A stretch of DNA of 45,410 nucleotides from Patescibacteria group bacterium (GCA_018895765.1 JAHINX010000019.1:1-45410), one strand, 5' to 3'. Counted from the stretch's first letter, positions 16,242 to 24,517 are shown. Notes: generated by a model not told the origin, from the letters alone. Made by a program: numbers and translations.

Positions 16242-17789
16242 CTATTTCTCAATTTTTTCAATAAGCATCTCTTTTGCCACCTCGGGATTTGCCTTTCCTT
16301 TTGATTCTTTCATTACCTGGCCGACTAAAAACATAATTGCAGTTTGTTTTCCAGCCTTATAGTCGCTCGACGCCGCTTGATGTTCGTTCACTACTTTTTC
16401 AATAATTTTGTCCATCTCGCCTTCATCTTCTTTCATCGCACCCAAGTCATGCTTATCTATTAGTTGTGACGGATCTCCGCCCGCCTCTGTCATCATTTCC
16501 AAAAGTTTCAGGGCATTTGGCCCGGAGATTTTATTTTCGTAAACCAAAATTATAAACTCGGCAAAATTTTCCGGAGTTATTTTTAAAATACGTATATCTA
16601 TGGCGTTTTGCGCCATAATTCCGCCAAGTTTGTTGATAAACCATCCAGAATAAAGCTTTGCCATTTTTTCTCCGTATTTATCCCAAATTTCTGTTTCCGT
16701 TCCTTCGATATTTGGCATAGACATAAGCCATGAAATAAGCTCTGACAGGGCGCGCTCGGTATATTCTGCTTTGTATGGGTCTTCGGTTAAAATTTCTGCA
16801 TCAGCCATAGAAAAGCCATATTCATCCATAAACCGGTATTTGCGCGCGCGCGGAAGTTCGGGAAGCATTTCTTTTTGCTTGTCGCGGATTTCTGCAAGCT
16901 CCATTGGCGGAAGGTCTGGTTCGGGAAAGTAGCGGTAGTCGCTTGAGCCCTCTTTTGTTCGCTGTTCAGTCGTGACGCCCTTTGCGTCGTCCCATCCGCG
17001 GGTTGTTTGGACATTGCTGGGTAAACCTGTGTCTTCCCAATGTTTTGTTTGGCGGGCGATTTCATACTCCAGTGCCCGCTCAACCGAGCGAAAAGAATTT
17101 AGATTTTTTATTTCTGTTTTTGGGTTTAATTGCATGGCCCAGCCTTCATCCGGTGCGGCTTTTTCTACATATTCGCGCATAGAAATATTTGCGTCGCAAC
17201 GGAGCTGGCCTTTTTCCATATCAGCGTCAGACACGCCAAGATAGCGCATAATTTTACGCAGTTCCTGCAAAAATATTTTTGCTTCTTGCGGAGAACGGAT
17301 GTCCGGCTCGCTGACGATCTCGGCAAGTGGAGTTCCCCCGCGATTATAATCCACAAGAGTTATTGTTTTGTCGGCATTGTGGTTATTTTTTGCTGCGTCT
17401 TCTTCCATATGGAGACGAGTGATGCCAATGCGAGCAGTCCGTACCCCTTCTTTTGTCGGCACATCTATCTCTAAAAATCCGGTTTCTCCCACAGGCAAAT
17501 CAAATTGGGAAATCTGATATCCCTTTGGCAAGTCGGGATAAAAATAATGTTTACGGTCAAATTTTGAATGTTCGTTTATTCTGCAATTTAAGGCAAGGGA
17601 GGCAAGGACGCCCATTTTTACAGCCTCTTTATTTATAACAGGCAAAACACCCGGCTGGCCGGTGCAGACAGGGCAGATGGTCGTATTCGGATTTTCATAC
17701 TCCCCGCGGTTTGAGCATCCGCAAAACATTTTTGATTTTGTTTTTAGCTGGACGTGTATTTCCAAGCCAATGACGGGTTCGAGGTTCAT
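16242..17789 (-). CDS. gatB: Asp/Glu-tRNA amidotransferase subunit B
   Basis: MNLEPVIGLEIHVQL..., full-length GatB including the C-terminal YqeY-like tail. Confidence 0.95.
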   Translation of the reverse strand: MNLEPVIGLEIHVQLKTKSKMFCGCSNRGEYENPNTTICPVCTGQPGVLPVINKEAVKMGVLASLALNCRINEHSKFDRKHYFYPDLPKGYQISQFDLPVGETGFLEIDVPTKEGVRTARIGITRLHMEEDAAKNNHNADKTITLVDYNRGGTPLAEIVSEPDIRSPQEAKIFLQELRKIMRYLGVSDADMEKGQLRCDANISMREYVEKAAPDEGWAMQLNPKTEIKNLNSFRSVERALEYEIARQTKHWEDTGLPSNVQTTRGWDDAKGVTTEQRTKEGSSDYRYFPEPDLPPMELAEIRDKQKEMLPELPRARKYRFMDEYGFSMADAEILTEDPYKAEYTERALSELISWLMSMPNIEGTETEIWDKYGEKMAKLYSGWFINKLGGIMAQNAIDIRILKITPENFAEFIILVYENKISGPNALKLLEMMTEAGGDPSQLIDKHDLGAMKEDEGEMDKIIEKVVNEHQAASSDYKAGKQTAIMFLVGQVMKESKGKANPEVAKEMLIEKIEK

Positions 17790-17794
17790 AAGAA

Positions 17795-17825
17795 TAGCGT
17801 TTAGCGTTTAGCAATTAGCGTTTAG
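17795..17825. repeat. Heptamer stop-codon array (TTAGCG family copy 2)
   Basis: TAG at 17795, 17802, 17809, 17816 and 17823 on the + strand. TAA is at 7-nt spacing on the - strand (TTA at 17801, 17808, 17815, 17822). Confidence 0.9.
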
Positions 17826-17878
17826 TGAATATAATATAATTTTATGGGTTTTGGGAGGATTTGTCAAAAAATAATTTT

Positions 17879-17899
17879 AGGAGGTCGGGAACCAGAAAA
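17879..17899. repeat. Solo, internally deleted right end of the family C palindromic element
   Basis: AGGAGGTCGGGA|ACCAGAAAA equals 19481-19492 joined to 19522-19530. Confidence 0.7.
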
Positions 17900-17927
17900 A
17901 AACAGAAATCCGCCCTTGGGCGGATTT
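17896..17927 (-). terminator. Rho-independent terminator of the 17967 membrane-protein gene
   Basis: AAATCCGCCC tt GGGCGGATTT with a U-run on the minus strand. Confidence 0.75.
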
Positions 17928-17934
17928 TACCATA

Positions 17935-17958
17935 CTACACGCTACATACTACATGCTA
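17935..17958 (-). repeat. GTAGNNN heptamer trailer, TAG x4 on the minus strand
   Basis: CTA at 17935, 17942, 17949 and 17956, just downstream of stop 17967-17969. Confidence 0.85.
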
Positions 17959-17966
17959 CTTTCTCA

Positions 17967-18689
17967 TTATTTCCTAACTTCTCTAAATACAATTGTTCCG
18001 ACGATGGCATAAATCGGGGTAAAAAAGGCGGCGATTAGGTCGGAAACAAATAAAATAATCAGATTTAGGCCGAGTCCAGCTTCTTGCGTGTCTATTACCG
18101 ATTGCCCAATTATAAGTCCAATAAGATTAAAAATCCCTGCCAATGCCAGGTAAGCGATAATCGCCCAAAATATATTAGGCACGACAAGACGTCCAAAAAT
18201 CGGCCAAAATCTTCCGCGTGAGAGTTCGTGGCTTTCTTTCAAAAGTTCCATTCCTTTCTTTTTTTCCAGGATTGCGATGTACATTACAAAAGCATACCAG
18301 ACGGTAAAAATCACGCCCGGAACAATAAATAATATAAATCCGCCAGCTGTAATCAACCCGGCTAAAATACTGATAAAAATTGCCGGCCAATAAACTCCAA
18401 AAATATCTTTTAAGCTGATATCCGGCTTTTTATTGCTTAAAAACTTGTCTGTATAATATATGATGGCGATAAGCACGACGAAATTTACAAGATATGCTAA
18501 AAAGGAGATAAAGCCGGAAATTAAAAATTTTGCGATATTCGGCAATGTTAGGAATTGGTCAATTAAAACCGCGCTCAAACTCGTCAAAGCGGAAAGAATA
18601 AAAATAGCTCCTAAAAAAGGAAGATATTGTTTAAATTTTGAAGTATATGTCTCCCAGGAAAGACGTATTATCTCAGCAATTTTTAACAT
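17967..18689 (-). CDS. Hypothetical polytopic membrane protein (240 aa)
   Basis: About six hydrophobic helices. No specific family recognised. Confidence 0.7.
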   Translation of the reverse strand: MLKIAEIIRLSWETYTSKFKQYLPFLGAIFILSALTSLSAVLIDQFLTLPNIAKFLISGFISFLAYLVNFVVLIAIIYYTDKFLSNKKPDISLKDIFGVYWPAIFISILAGLITAGGFILFIVPGVIFTVWYAFVMYIAILEKKKGMELLKESHELSRGRFWPIFGRLVVPNIFWAIIAYLALAGIFNLIGLIIGQSVIDTQEAGLGLNLIILFVSDLIAAFFTPIYAIVGTIVFREVRK

Positions 18690-18719
18690 AGAGCTTAGTA
18701 TTAATTTTAATACTATATA

Positions 18720-19397
18720 TTATATCATTTTTGAAACAATTGCCCAAATTTTTTCGTGGATATGGTCTATGGAAAGAAGTTCGCCGTCCTCTTCGCATTT
18801 TATCCGCACCCAATTATTCATTTCTGAAACAAGACGGAGAGATTGTTCGTGAGAATCCATTTGGTGTTCTACGCTGGATTCTGCGCCATCTTTTTTTGCG
18901 CCGCCGGTATAATTACGGGTAGCTTTTTTTTCAATAAGGACTTGCGATGTCTCCGGTTCGACATCAAGATATATAATGAGGTCGGGGCGGGGTATTCCAA
19001 AAACCCCATGTTCAATTTTATCCAGCCATTTTAGAAATGTCCGGCGTTCTTCCTCATCCTTTATTTTTCCTCCCTGATGAATCTGGTTTCCGCTTACATA
19101 GCGGTCTAGAAGAATAATTTTTCCTTGCGCAAGCCATTTGCGGATTTTTTCGCTTGACTCATATCTGTCGGCGGCATAGAGGGTGGAGGCAAGGTATGGA
19201 TTAAACTTTGTTGGATCGCCAAAATCTCCACGCAAAAAACAACCGATAATATTTCCAAAATGGTTGTTATAATATTGAGGAAAATCCAAGGTTTCTATTT
19301 TGCGACCCTCATCAATAAAGTGCTCTATAAGTTTTTTTGTTTGTGTCGCTTTGCCGGAACCGTCGGTCCCGTCAATGACTATTAATTTGCCTTGCAT
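18720..19397 (-). CDS. tmk: Thymidylate kinase
   Basis: IVIDGTDGSGKATQ P-loop and a full-length dTMP kinase layout. Confidence 0.92.
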   Translation of the reverse strand: MQGKLIVIDGTDGSGKATQTKKLIEHFIDEGRKIETLDFPQYYNNHFGNIIGCFLRGDFGDPTKFNPYLASTLYAADRYESSEKIRKWLAQGKIILLDRYVSGNQIHQGGKIKDEEERRTFLKWLDKIEHGVFGIPRPDLIIYLDVEPETSQVLIEKKATRNYTGGAKKDGAESSVEHQMDSHEQSLRLVSEMNNWVRIKCEEDGELLSIDHIHEKIWAIVSKMI

Positions 19398-19410
19398 ATT
19401 TCTTTAATTT

Positions 19411-19530
19411 TTTTCTGGTTCCCGACATCAATACAAAATTTTTCCCGAGTCCCGACCTCAAAACAAATACGGGGAACTTTAGGAGGTCGGGACTCGGGAA
19501 AAGAACTATAGAATGTTGGGAACCAGAAAA
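19411..19530. repeat. Nested perfect inverted-repeat element (family C)
   Basis: Outer arms are 13 bp (19411-19423 and 19518-19530). Inner arms are 19 bp (19441-19459 and 19483-19501). Both pairs are perfect. Confidence 0.9.
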
Positions 19531-19534
19531 GATT

Positions 19535-19575
19535 TGAACTTTGAAATTTATTGAAAATTGATCATTGATAATTGA
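19535..19575 (+). repeat. Heptamer array with TGA x6 (TGAAAAT-like units)
   Basis: TGA at 19535, 19542, 19552, 19559, 19566 and 19573. Confidence 0.85.
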
Positions 19576-19584
19576 AAATTGTTT

Positions 19585-21024
19585 TTATTTGCTTCCCGCC
19601 GTAGATACTGTTTCATCCGAAAGGTCAACGCGGATATATTTAGCAAGTAGGGGATGGACGCGCTCTATTTCGCGCCAGCATTCTTGTGCGATTCTGCGAT
19701 AAGAAATATGTCCTTTTTTTCCGGAGCGGAGAGGTATAAAGTGATGAAGTTCTCGTAGATTCCATGTAAAAAGAGTTCGTTTGCGGAAGGCAAGGGGGAT
19801 TATATATTGGGCTTCGTCTGGGAATTGTTTATAAATTTTGTGATACGCCTCTTCTGCAACTGCCATTGCGTTTTTAAATCCCGTTTCATATCCAGCTTCA
19901 ATAATATCGTCTGGTATTGAAAATCCATGTTCTATTGTAACCTTCTGATTAGTTTGTGTTGCCATTCTGTGGCGCTGGACATCACGGAAGGCCCCATAAT
20001 CCATTAGAGTATCAAAGGTGTAATAAATATGCTCCAGTTCACGCAAAGGCCGATCAAACGGATTTCTACGCTTTAATGCTTCATCTATAATGGCTGTTTT
20101 TATTGCGTTTGGTATTTTTTCTATTTTTGATTTTATTTGTGAATAAGGTAAGTTGCTATTTCTATATAAAAGAGCTGAGACCAACTTGTTTTCTGCGTCT
20201 TTGTCATAATCAACGAGCTTTACTGGAAGATTACTCCCAGCTGGTTCATTATTAAAGAGCCATGAGCTAAGATGCGCCAACTCTTTATCGGTTTCCATTA
20301 AATAGGGGTTTTTGTCTGCGAATTTTTCTAAAGTTGGGGTTACTTTGCTGGCTACTTCTTTTAATTCTGTGCCGATTTCTTGCATTTCTTCTAAAGGATG
20401 TGACATGAGTTTTGTAATAGCCCAATCAAGATTTCGCGCGTTTATTGTCATCCCTAGATTAGTTTGGGTTGATGCTGGAAGAAGATATCGTACATTATCG
20501 CAGACCTTTGCTTTACAAATAGAATTATACATTTTTTCGCCCATGTCTGGTTTTTTTGGATCTTTTTTCTTTATAAATTCCATCATTGGCTCGGAAAGAG
20601 CCTCATAAACTTGAAACAAATAATCCCCAGCGCGCTCGTAAATATCTTTCAGGTCGGACTTCATAATCCGTTCAGGTTTTAGATATCTATTTTTATCAAA
20701 AACTTGATAGCGGGTAGATTTTTCAGTGTATGATGCCAGTCTATTATCTTCTACAACTTTTGTTGCTAAAATTGATATATTCTCTAAGGCGATAGAAATA
20801 ATTGCGTGTTCAGCAACAGATGAATGTCCATAACCAACAACCCATTTTTCATGAAATTCGCTTGATTTTTCTTCTGTTAATTCTTTTGCTATCTCATCAA
20901 ATGACTCGGGTGATCGTGAGCATTTAGCAAAACAGACGGCCTTTACTTCTGGCGTTAATCCTTCCAGAGTATAGATCCTTCGTTTATTTTTTGTATCCTC
21001 TTGTGGGTAGGTGTCGTTTGACAT
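19585..21024 (-). CDS. thyX: FAD-dependent thymidylate synthase, long tandem-domain form
   Basis: Two ThyX-like halves. The N half has GHSSVAEH...DNRLASYTEKSTRY and the C half has FRDVQRHRMATQ. Confidence 0.75.
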   Translation of the reverse strand: MSNDTYPQEDTKNKRRIYTLEGLTPEVKAVCFAKCSRSPESFDEIAKELTEEKSSEFHEKWVVGYGHSSVAEHAIISIALENISILATKVVEDNRLASYTEKSTRYQVFDKNRYLKPERIMKSDLKDIYERAGDYLFQVYEALSEPMMEFIKKKDPKKPDMGEKMYNSICKAKVCDNVRYLLPASTQTNLGMTINARNLDWAITKLMSHPLEEMQEIGTELKEVASKVTPTLEKFADKNPYLMETDKELAHLSSWLFNNEPAGSNLPVKLVDYDKDAENKLVSALLYRNSNLPYSQIKSKIEKIPNAIKTAIIDEALKRRNPFDRPLRELEHIYYTFDTLMDYGAFRDVQRHRMATQTNQKVTIEHGFSIPDDIIEAGYETGFKNAMAVAEEAYHKIYKQFPDEAQYIIPLAFRKRTLFTWNLRELHHFIPLRSGKKGHISYRRIAQECWREIERVHPLLAKYIRVDLSDETVSTAGSK

Positions 21025-21107
21025 AGGTTTTTTAAGGTTATAGTATTAGTTAAGAGTTCTTTTAATTAGTTTATAACAAAGCGTGGGAGCGCGCAAGGAG
21101 GACGAAA

Positions 21108-21857
21108 ATGCTTGAAAATGAAGCGAGAAAAGATTTTTTACAATTCATTGCAGAGCTTCCGGAAGATGAAGACGGCTTTGAGCTTGGCCTGCATTATGGT
21201 TTTTTCCAAAAATTGGCAAATGTATTAAAAGCAGAGTATAGGTGGCAAAAATATGCGATGAAAAACCGTAGCGTCCAGGGAGGCGGAGAAGGACAGGAAT
21301 TTTCCGAAACGCTAATGGACCATATGCTTCATAAGTTTATGATTGCCTCGGAAATGGTTGCGACCGAAATGGGTTATGGCGGACACAAGAGTTTGGAGAT
21401 TAGGCGGCGCCATCTCTATCTGTCTTTTTTTATGTATGGCTTGGGCATGGCTACTTATGGCGAAGTATCTTTAATGGATAAGGATACAAGGGATTTGTCG
21501 CAGGAAGATGACACTTTTCTGAATCTGTTAAAAAACTATCCGGAAGTGGTACACGGACCATTTAGAAGAGCATACGAACTTTCGCAAGAAAGAGATAGAG
21601 CGATTTTGGCCGGCGAAAGCTTGGGCAGTATTTCTGTAACCGGAAGATTTTTGTGGGCGATAGTTGTGGCAACATTTTTGGATAAATCGCTTTATGAGGT
21701 AAGGCATGGTCAGCTTGCTTTTGCAAACACGTTTCATAATGTTTGGGAGGACATTCAACCCTTAATGAGAGAATTTTATTCTTTTAGAATTAAGGTTTTG
21801 CCGCTTTTGCCGGAAATTATGGAATATATGGAAAGATATCCACGCTGGACTGAATAA
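21108..21857 (+). CDS. HD-superfamily-like protein (YfbR/HDDC2-like fold) lacking the HD dyad
   Basis: RW..., ETLMDHMLH, then FFMYGLGMATYGEVS where HD..E...GD is expected. The C-terminal ~55 aa are paralogous to the next gene. SD AAGGAGG lies upstream. Confidence 0.5.
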   Translation: MLENEARKDFLQFIAELPEDEDGFELGLHYGFFQKLANVLKAEYRWQKYAMKNRSVQGGGEGQEFSETLMDHMLHKFMIASEMVATEMGYGGHKSLEIRRRHLYLSFFMYGLGMATYGEVSLMDKDTRDLSQEDDTFLNLLKNYPEVVHGPFRRAYELSQERDRAILAGESLGSISVTGRFLWAIVVATFLDKSLYEVRHGQLAFANTFHNVWEDIQPLMREFYSFRIKVLPLLPEIMEYMERYPRWTE

Positions 21858-21882
21858 TCCTCATTTTTATGGGGATTTTTTG
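21856..21882 (+). terminator. Rho-independent terminator
   Basis: AATCCTCA ttttta TGGGGATT followed by TTTTT. Confidence 0.65.
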
Positions 21883-21887
21883 TAAAG

Positions 21888-21960
21888 AGATTGCCACGGA
21901 TTTATAGCGGATTTACGCGGATATGATAATTACGGATAAGAGAGGACAAATGCGGATATT
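21888..21960. repeat. AGATTGCCACG box followed by five same-orientation CGGAT words
   Basis: CGGAT at 21897, 21908, 21918, 21933 and 21953. TGTGGATAA follows at 21967-21975. Confidence 0.8.
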
Positions 21961-22162
21961 ATTAGTTGTGGATAACTTTTGGATTTACATTAATATAAAA
22001 GAGGTTTAAACTTTAAAGTAAGCTCTTTGAAAAAGGCAGAATAGAGTTCGTTTTTCGTCCAAAGGACTATGAAGGACATTCTTCTTTTATTAACACAGGT
22101 ATTGCCTCTTTTTGTAAGAGGCAGTGCCATTCGAAGCTTTTTGCGATAGCAAAGAGCGAAGA

Positions 22163-23254
22163 ATGGAGGAAAAAATGGCTCAAGAAGAAAGAGTATTAAG
22201 AACGCATTTGGATATAATAAGAGAATTGGTTGAAGTATTATGTTCGGAAAAAGGCATTAATGCAAGAGAGTTGGATGATGGTAAACTGGAATATAAAATA
22301 GCTGACGAACGCGTTTTGAGCTTTCTAATGCGGAAATATAAAATGCCACGGTATGGAGCAGAAGGTATTTTAAGTCACTTGTTTATGAAGGGGCTGATTG
22401 AATTTCATCAAAGTGAACACAGCTCTGTATGGTATTGGATAGTGATCAAAGTTAGCGGACGCGACCTTGCAAAAAATCAAAAAATAGCAGAAGCGCCACC
22501 TGCCAGGCAAGCGCTTAGAAATTATCTGTTTTCTTTAAGGGATGCCGGAAGAAAGATAGACTTAGCAGAGTTTACTGGATTTTGCCGATTATTTACTAAT
22601 TCATTGGCAGAAGAAAAAAGATATGAGCTTTTGGCCGGTTTGAGCAGAAAATATAATTTTTCAGAGTCAGGCGAGGCTTTGCCGGAAGCGGTTTTAACTC
22701 ACACGGCATTTGATACGCCTTTTTTGGGAAATATGATGCTCGCGCTTGAAGAGGATGAGGAAACGGCTTGTTGTAATTTTTTGGATGGTAGATTGCTACA
22801 ACTTGCCTTTTTTGTTCATGATTTTGCCGAAGGAATCAGTTTGAAGGGCGATGTTGATTTTGTAAATAAGAATAGCGCAATTGAAAAAGAAGAAGAGGAG
22901 GCCTTAGAGTTATTACTTTCGGTAGTTTCGCCTGCGTTGGCAAAAAGAATCAGAAAAGCTACTCTTGTCGTGGAAGAGGTTCCGCCGATTTGGCGGAGAG
23001 GGGAGACGCCCGAAAAAGCAAGCTGGAACGGGCAGTTCTTTAATGCTGTAGAAAATGCCGGTTATATTTCTCGCGCGCTTTATGAGGTGCAGGCGGGAAA
23101 TATTCCTTTTGGCAATGTATTTTTTGACCAGCAGGAAAAAGTTGAATATTATGTGAAAAAGTTTGAATCCTTTAGAGCTTTTATTGAACCGTATTTGGAG
23201 CTTATGCAAGAATTCCGAGAAAAATATAAAAATGCGCCATGGCGTAAACAATAA
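22163..23254 (+). CDS. Winged-helix-like N-terminal region fused to an HD-like (YfbR/HDDC2-type) domain
   Basis: FFVHDFAEGISLKGDVDF...EKEEEEALELL matches the HD-x-AE-x-x-x-GD...EEK signature of 5'-deoxynucleotidases. Start is ATG 22163 or ATG 22175 (GGAGGA lies between them). GTG 22124 is unlikely. Confidence 0.55.
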   Translation: MEEKMAQEERVLRTHLDIIRELVEVLCSEKGINARELDDGKLEYKIADERVLSFLMRKYKMPRYGAEGILSHLFMKGLIEFHQSEHSSVWYWIVIKVSGRDLAKNQKIAEAPPARQALRNYLFSLRDAGRKIDLAEFTGFCRLFTNSLAEEKRYELLAGLSRKYNFSESGEALPEAVLTHTAFDTPFLGNMMLALEEDEETACCNFLDGRLLQLAFFVHDFAEGISLKGDVDFVNKNSAIEKEEEEALELLLSVVSPALAKRIRKATLVVEEVPPIWRRGETPEKASWNGQFFNAVENAGYISRALYEVQAGNIPFGNVFFDQQEKVEYYVKKFESFRAFIEPYLELMQEFREKYKNAPWRKQ

Positions 23255-23280
23255 AAATCCTGACAAATTGTCAGGATTTT
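23255..23280 (+). terminator. Terminator hairpin AAATCCTGACAA a TTGTCAGGATTT
   Basis: 12-bp perfect arms immediately after stop 23252-23254, followed by a T-run. Confidence 0.7.
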
Positions 23281-23295
23281 ATAATAGCGGTTTTT

Positions 23296-23446
23296 TTGCT
23301 GTCATTGCGAGGAGGCCTGCCCCGTAGTGAGCTTGCTCTACTACTAGGGTACTCCGACGTGGCAATCTAATTGCAAAAAGACGAGATTGCCACGCCCCGC
23401 TCCAGTTTTTGGGGAACTGGGGCGGGACTCGCAATGACGGAGGGTT
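23296..23446. mobile_element. MITE-like palindromic element (family A) flanked by a 28-bp direct duplication
   Basis: Terminal IR is GTCATTGCGAG (23301-23311) and CTCGCAATGAC (23428-23438). Inner IR is CGTGGCAATCT and AGATTGCCACG. Direct repeats at 23268-23295 and 23447-23474 match at 27 of 28 positions. Confidence 0.75.
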
Positions 23447-23457
23447 TTGTCAGGATT

Positions 23458-24507
23458 TTATAATAGTGGTTTTTGGAGAGAAGATAATTTTGTGATAATT
23501 AATGTTTTGAATTGGGAAATATTTTCATTATCCCAAAAAAACCAGTTTTCCGCCGCTTTTGGCAAAAATCTGTCTGAGGAAAAATTTTTATGCAAATAAT
23601 GTTCTTTTAATGGCCATGTTAGATCTGCTGATGCGAGGCGGAGCATGTCAGGTATAATTTCCAATTCTTTTTGTGTCAGGGGATTGATGTTGTGATATGT
23701 GCTCAAAAACATTTCTGCTTTTTCAAAGCTTAATGGAGTATGAAAATTCCATGTCCAATCTGTTTTGCAGGCAAAAACCATTGCGCAGATAACTTCCCAT
23801 ATTCTTGGCTGATGTTTTGCCAGCTCCCAATCAACAACAGCAGAGACCTCTCCTTTTTCATTGAAAAGCATATTGGCGGCATGAAAATCACCGTGAATAA
23901 GAAGAGCCGGAAGGGCGTCTGTCTCAATTTTTGGCGACAGATGCAACTCATTGATTTTATGAGCCAAGATACTATTTATTTCTTTGTCAAAATCATCAAA
24001 AAATTGTTTTTTTGATAAATGTTTTATTACGTCAGAGTAAAGATGATCCAGCGCCCCGCGACTCCAAATTGGCACCACCGGCTCCAGATCAAGAGGAATG
24101 TTTTTTGCTAAATAATGGTAGCGGGCTAAAGTTTTCGCGATATTTATAAGTTCTTCGTCGGTTACACTATTTGTTGCTACTCTTGTGTGACCGGAGATAT
24201 AGTCAAAAAAAGTGAAGCGTTTGTTGTCTATTTCTGTAAGTGTATCGTCCTCTTTGTTTTTTATAAGTCCAGGGACGGGAAATTTTTGTTCTTTTAAATA
24301 TGCCAACAATTGATGTTCCCGTGAAATGCGCTCATTGGTTTCGCGCAAATATTTTTTCAAAAAAAATTTTCCCTTGCTTGTTTCAATAATGTAATTATCG
24401 TTTGTAAATCCGCCTTCCGCCCGGCTCAGGTTGGAAAATGTTCCCAATTCGTATTGAGATAAAAGAGAGGGGATGTCCTGTACCATTTGTCGCATTTTTT
24501 CTTGCAT
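23458..24507 (-). CDS. Phosphotransferase of the APH/choline-kinase (protein-kinase-like) family
   Basis: LIHGDFHAANMLF catalytic loop, VVDWELA metal-binding motif and an N-lobe FFLKKY. Confidence 0.75.
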   Translation of the reverse strand: MQEKMRQMVQDIPSLLSQYELGTFSNLSRAEGGFTNDNYIIETSKGKFFLKKYLRETNERISREHQLLAYLKEQKFPVPGLIKNKEDDTLTEIDNKRFTFFDYISGHTRVATNSVTDEELINIAKTLARYHYLAKNIPLDLEPVVPIWSRGALDHLYSDVIKHLSKKQFFDDFDKEINSILAHKINELHLSPKIETDALPALLIHGDFHAANMLFNEKGEVSAVVDWELAKHQPRIWEVICAMVFACKTDWTWNFHTPLSFEKAEMFLSTYHNINPLTQKELEIIPDMLRLASADLTWPLKEHYLHKNFSSDRFLPKAAENWFFWDNENISQFKTLIITKLSSLQKPLL

Positions 24508-24517
24508 ACATTTTTAT

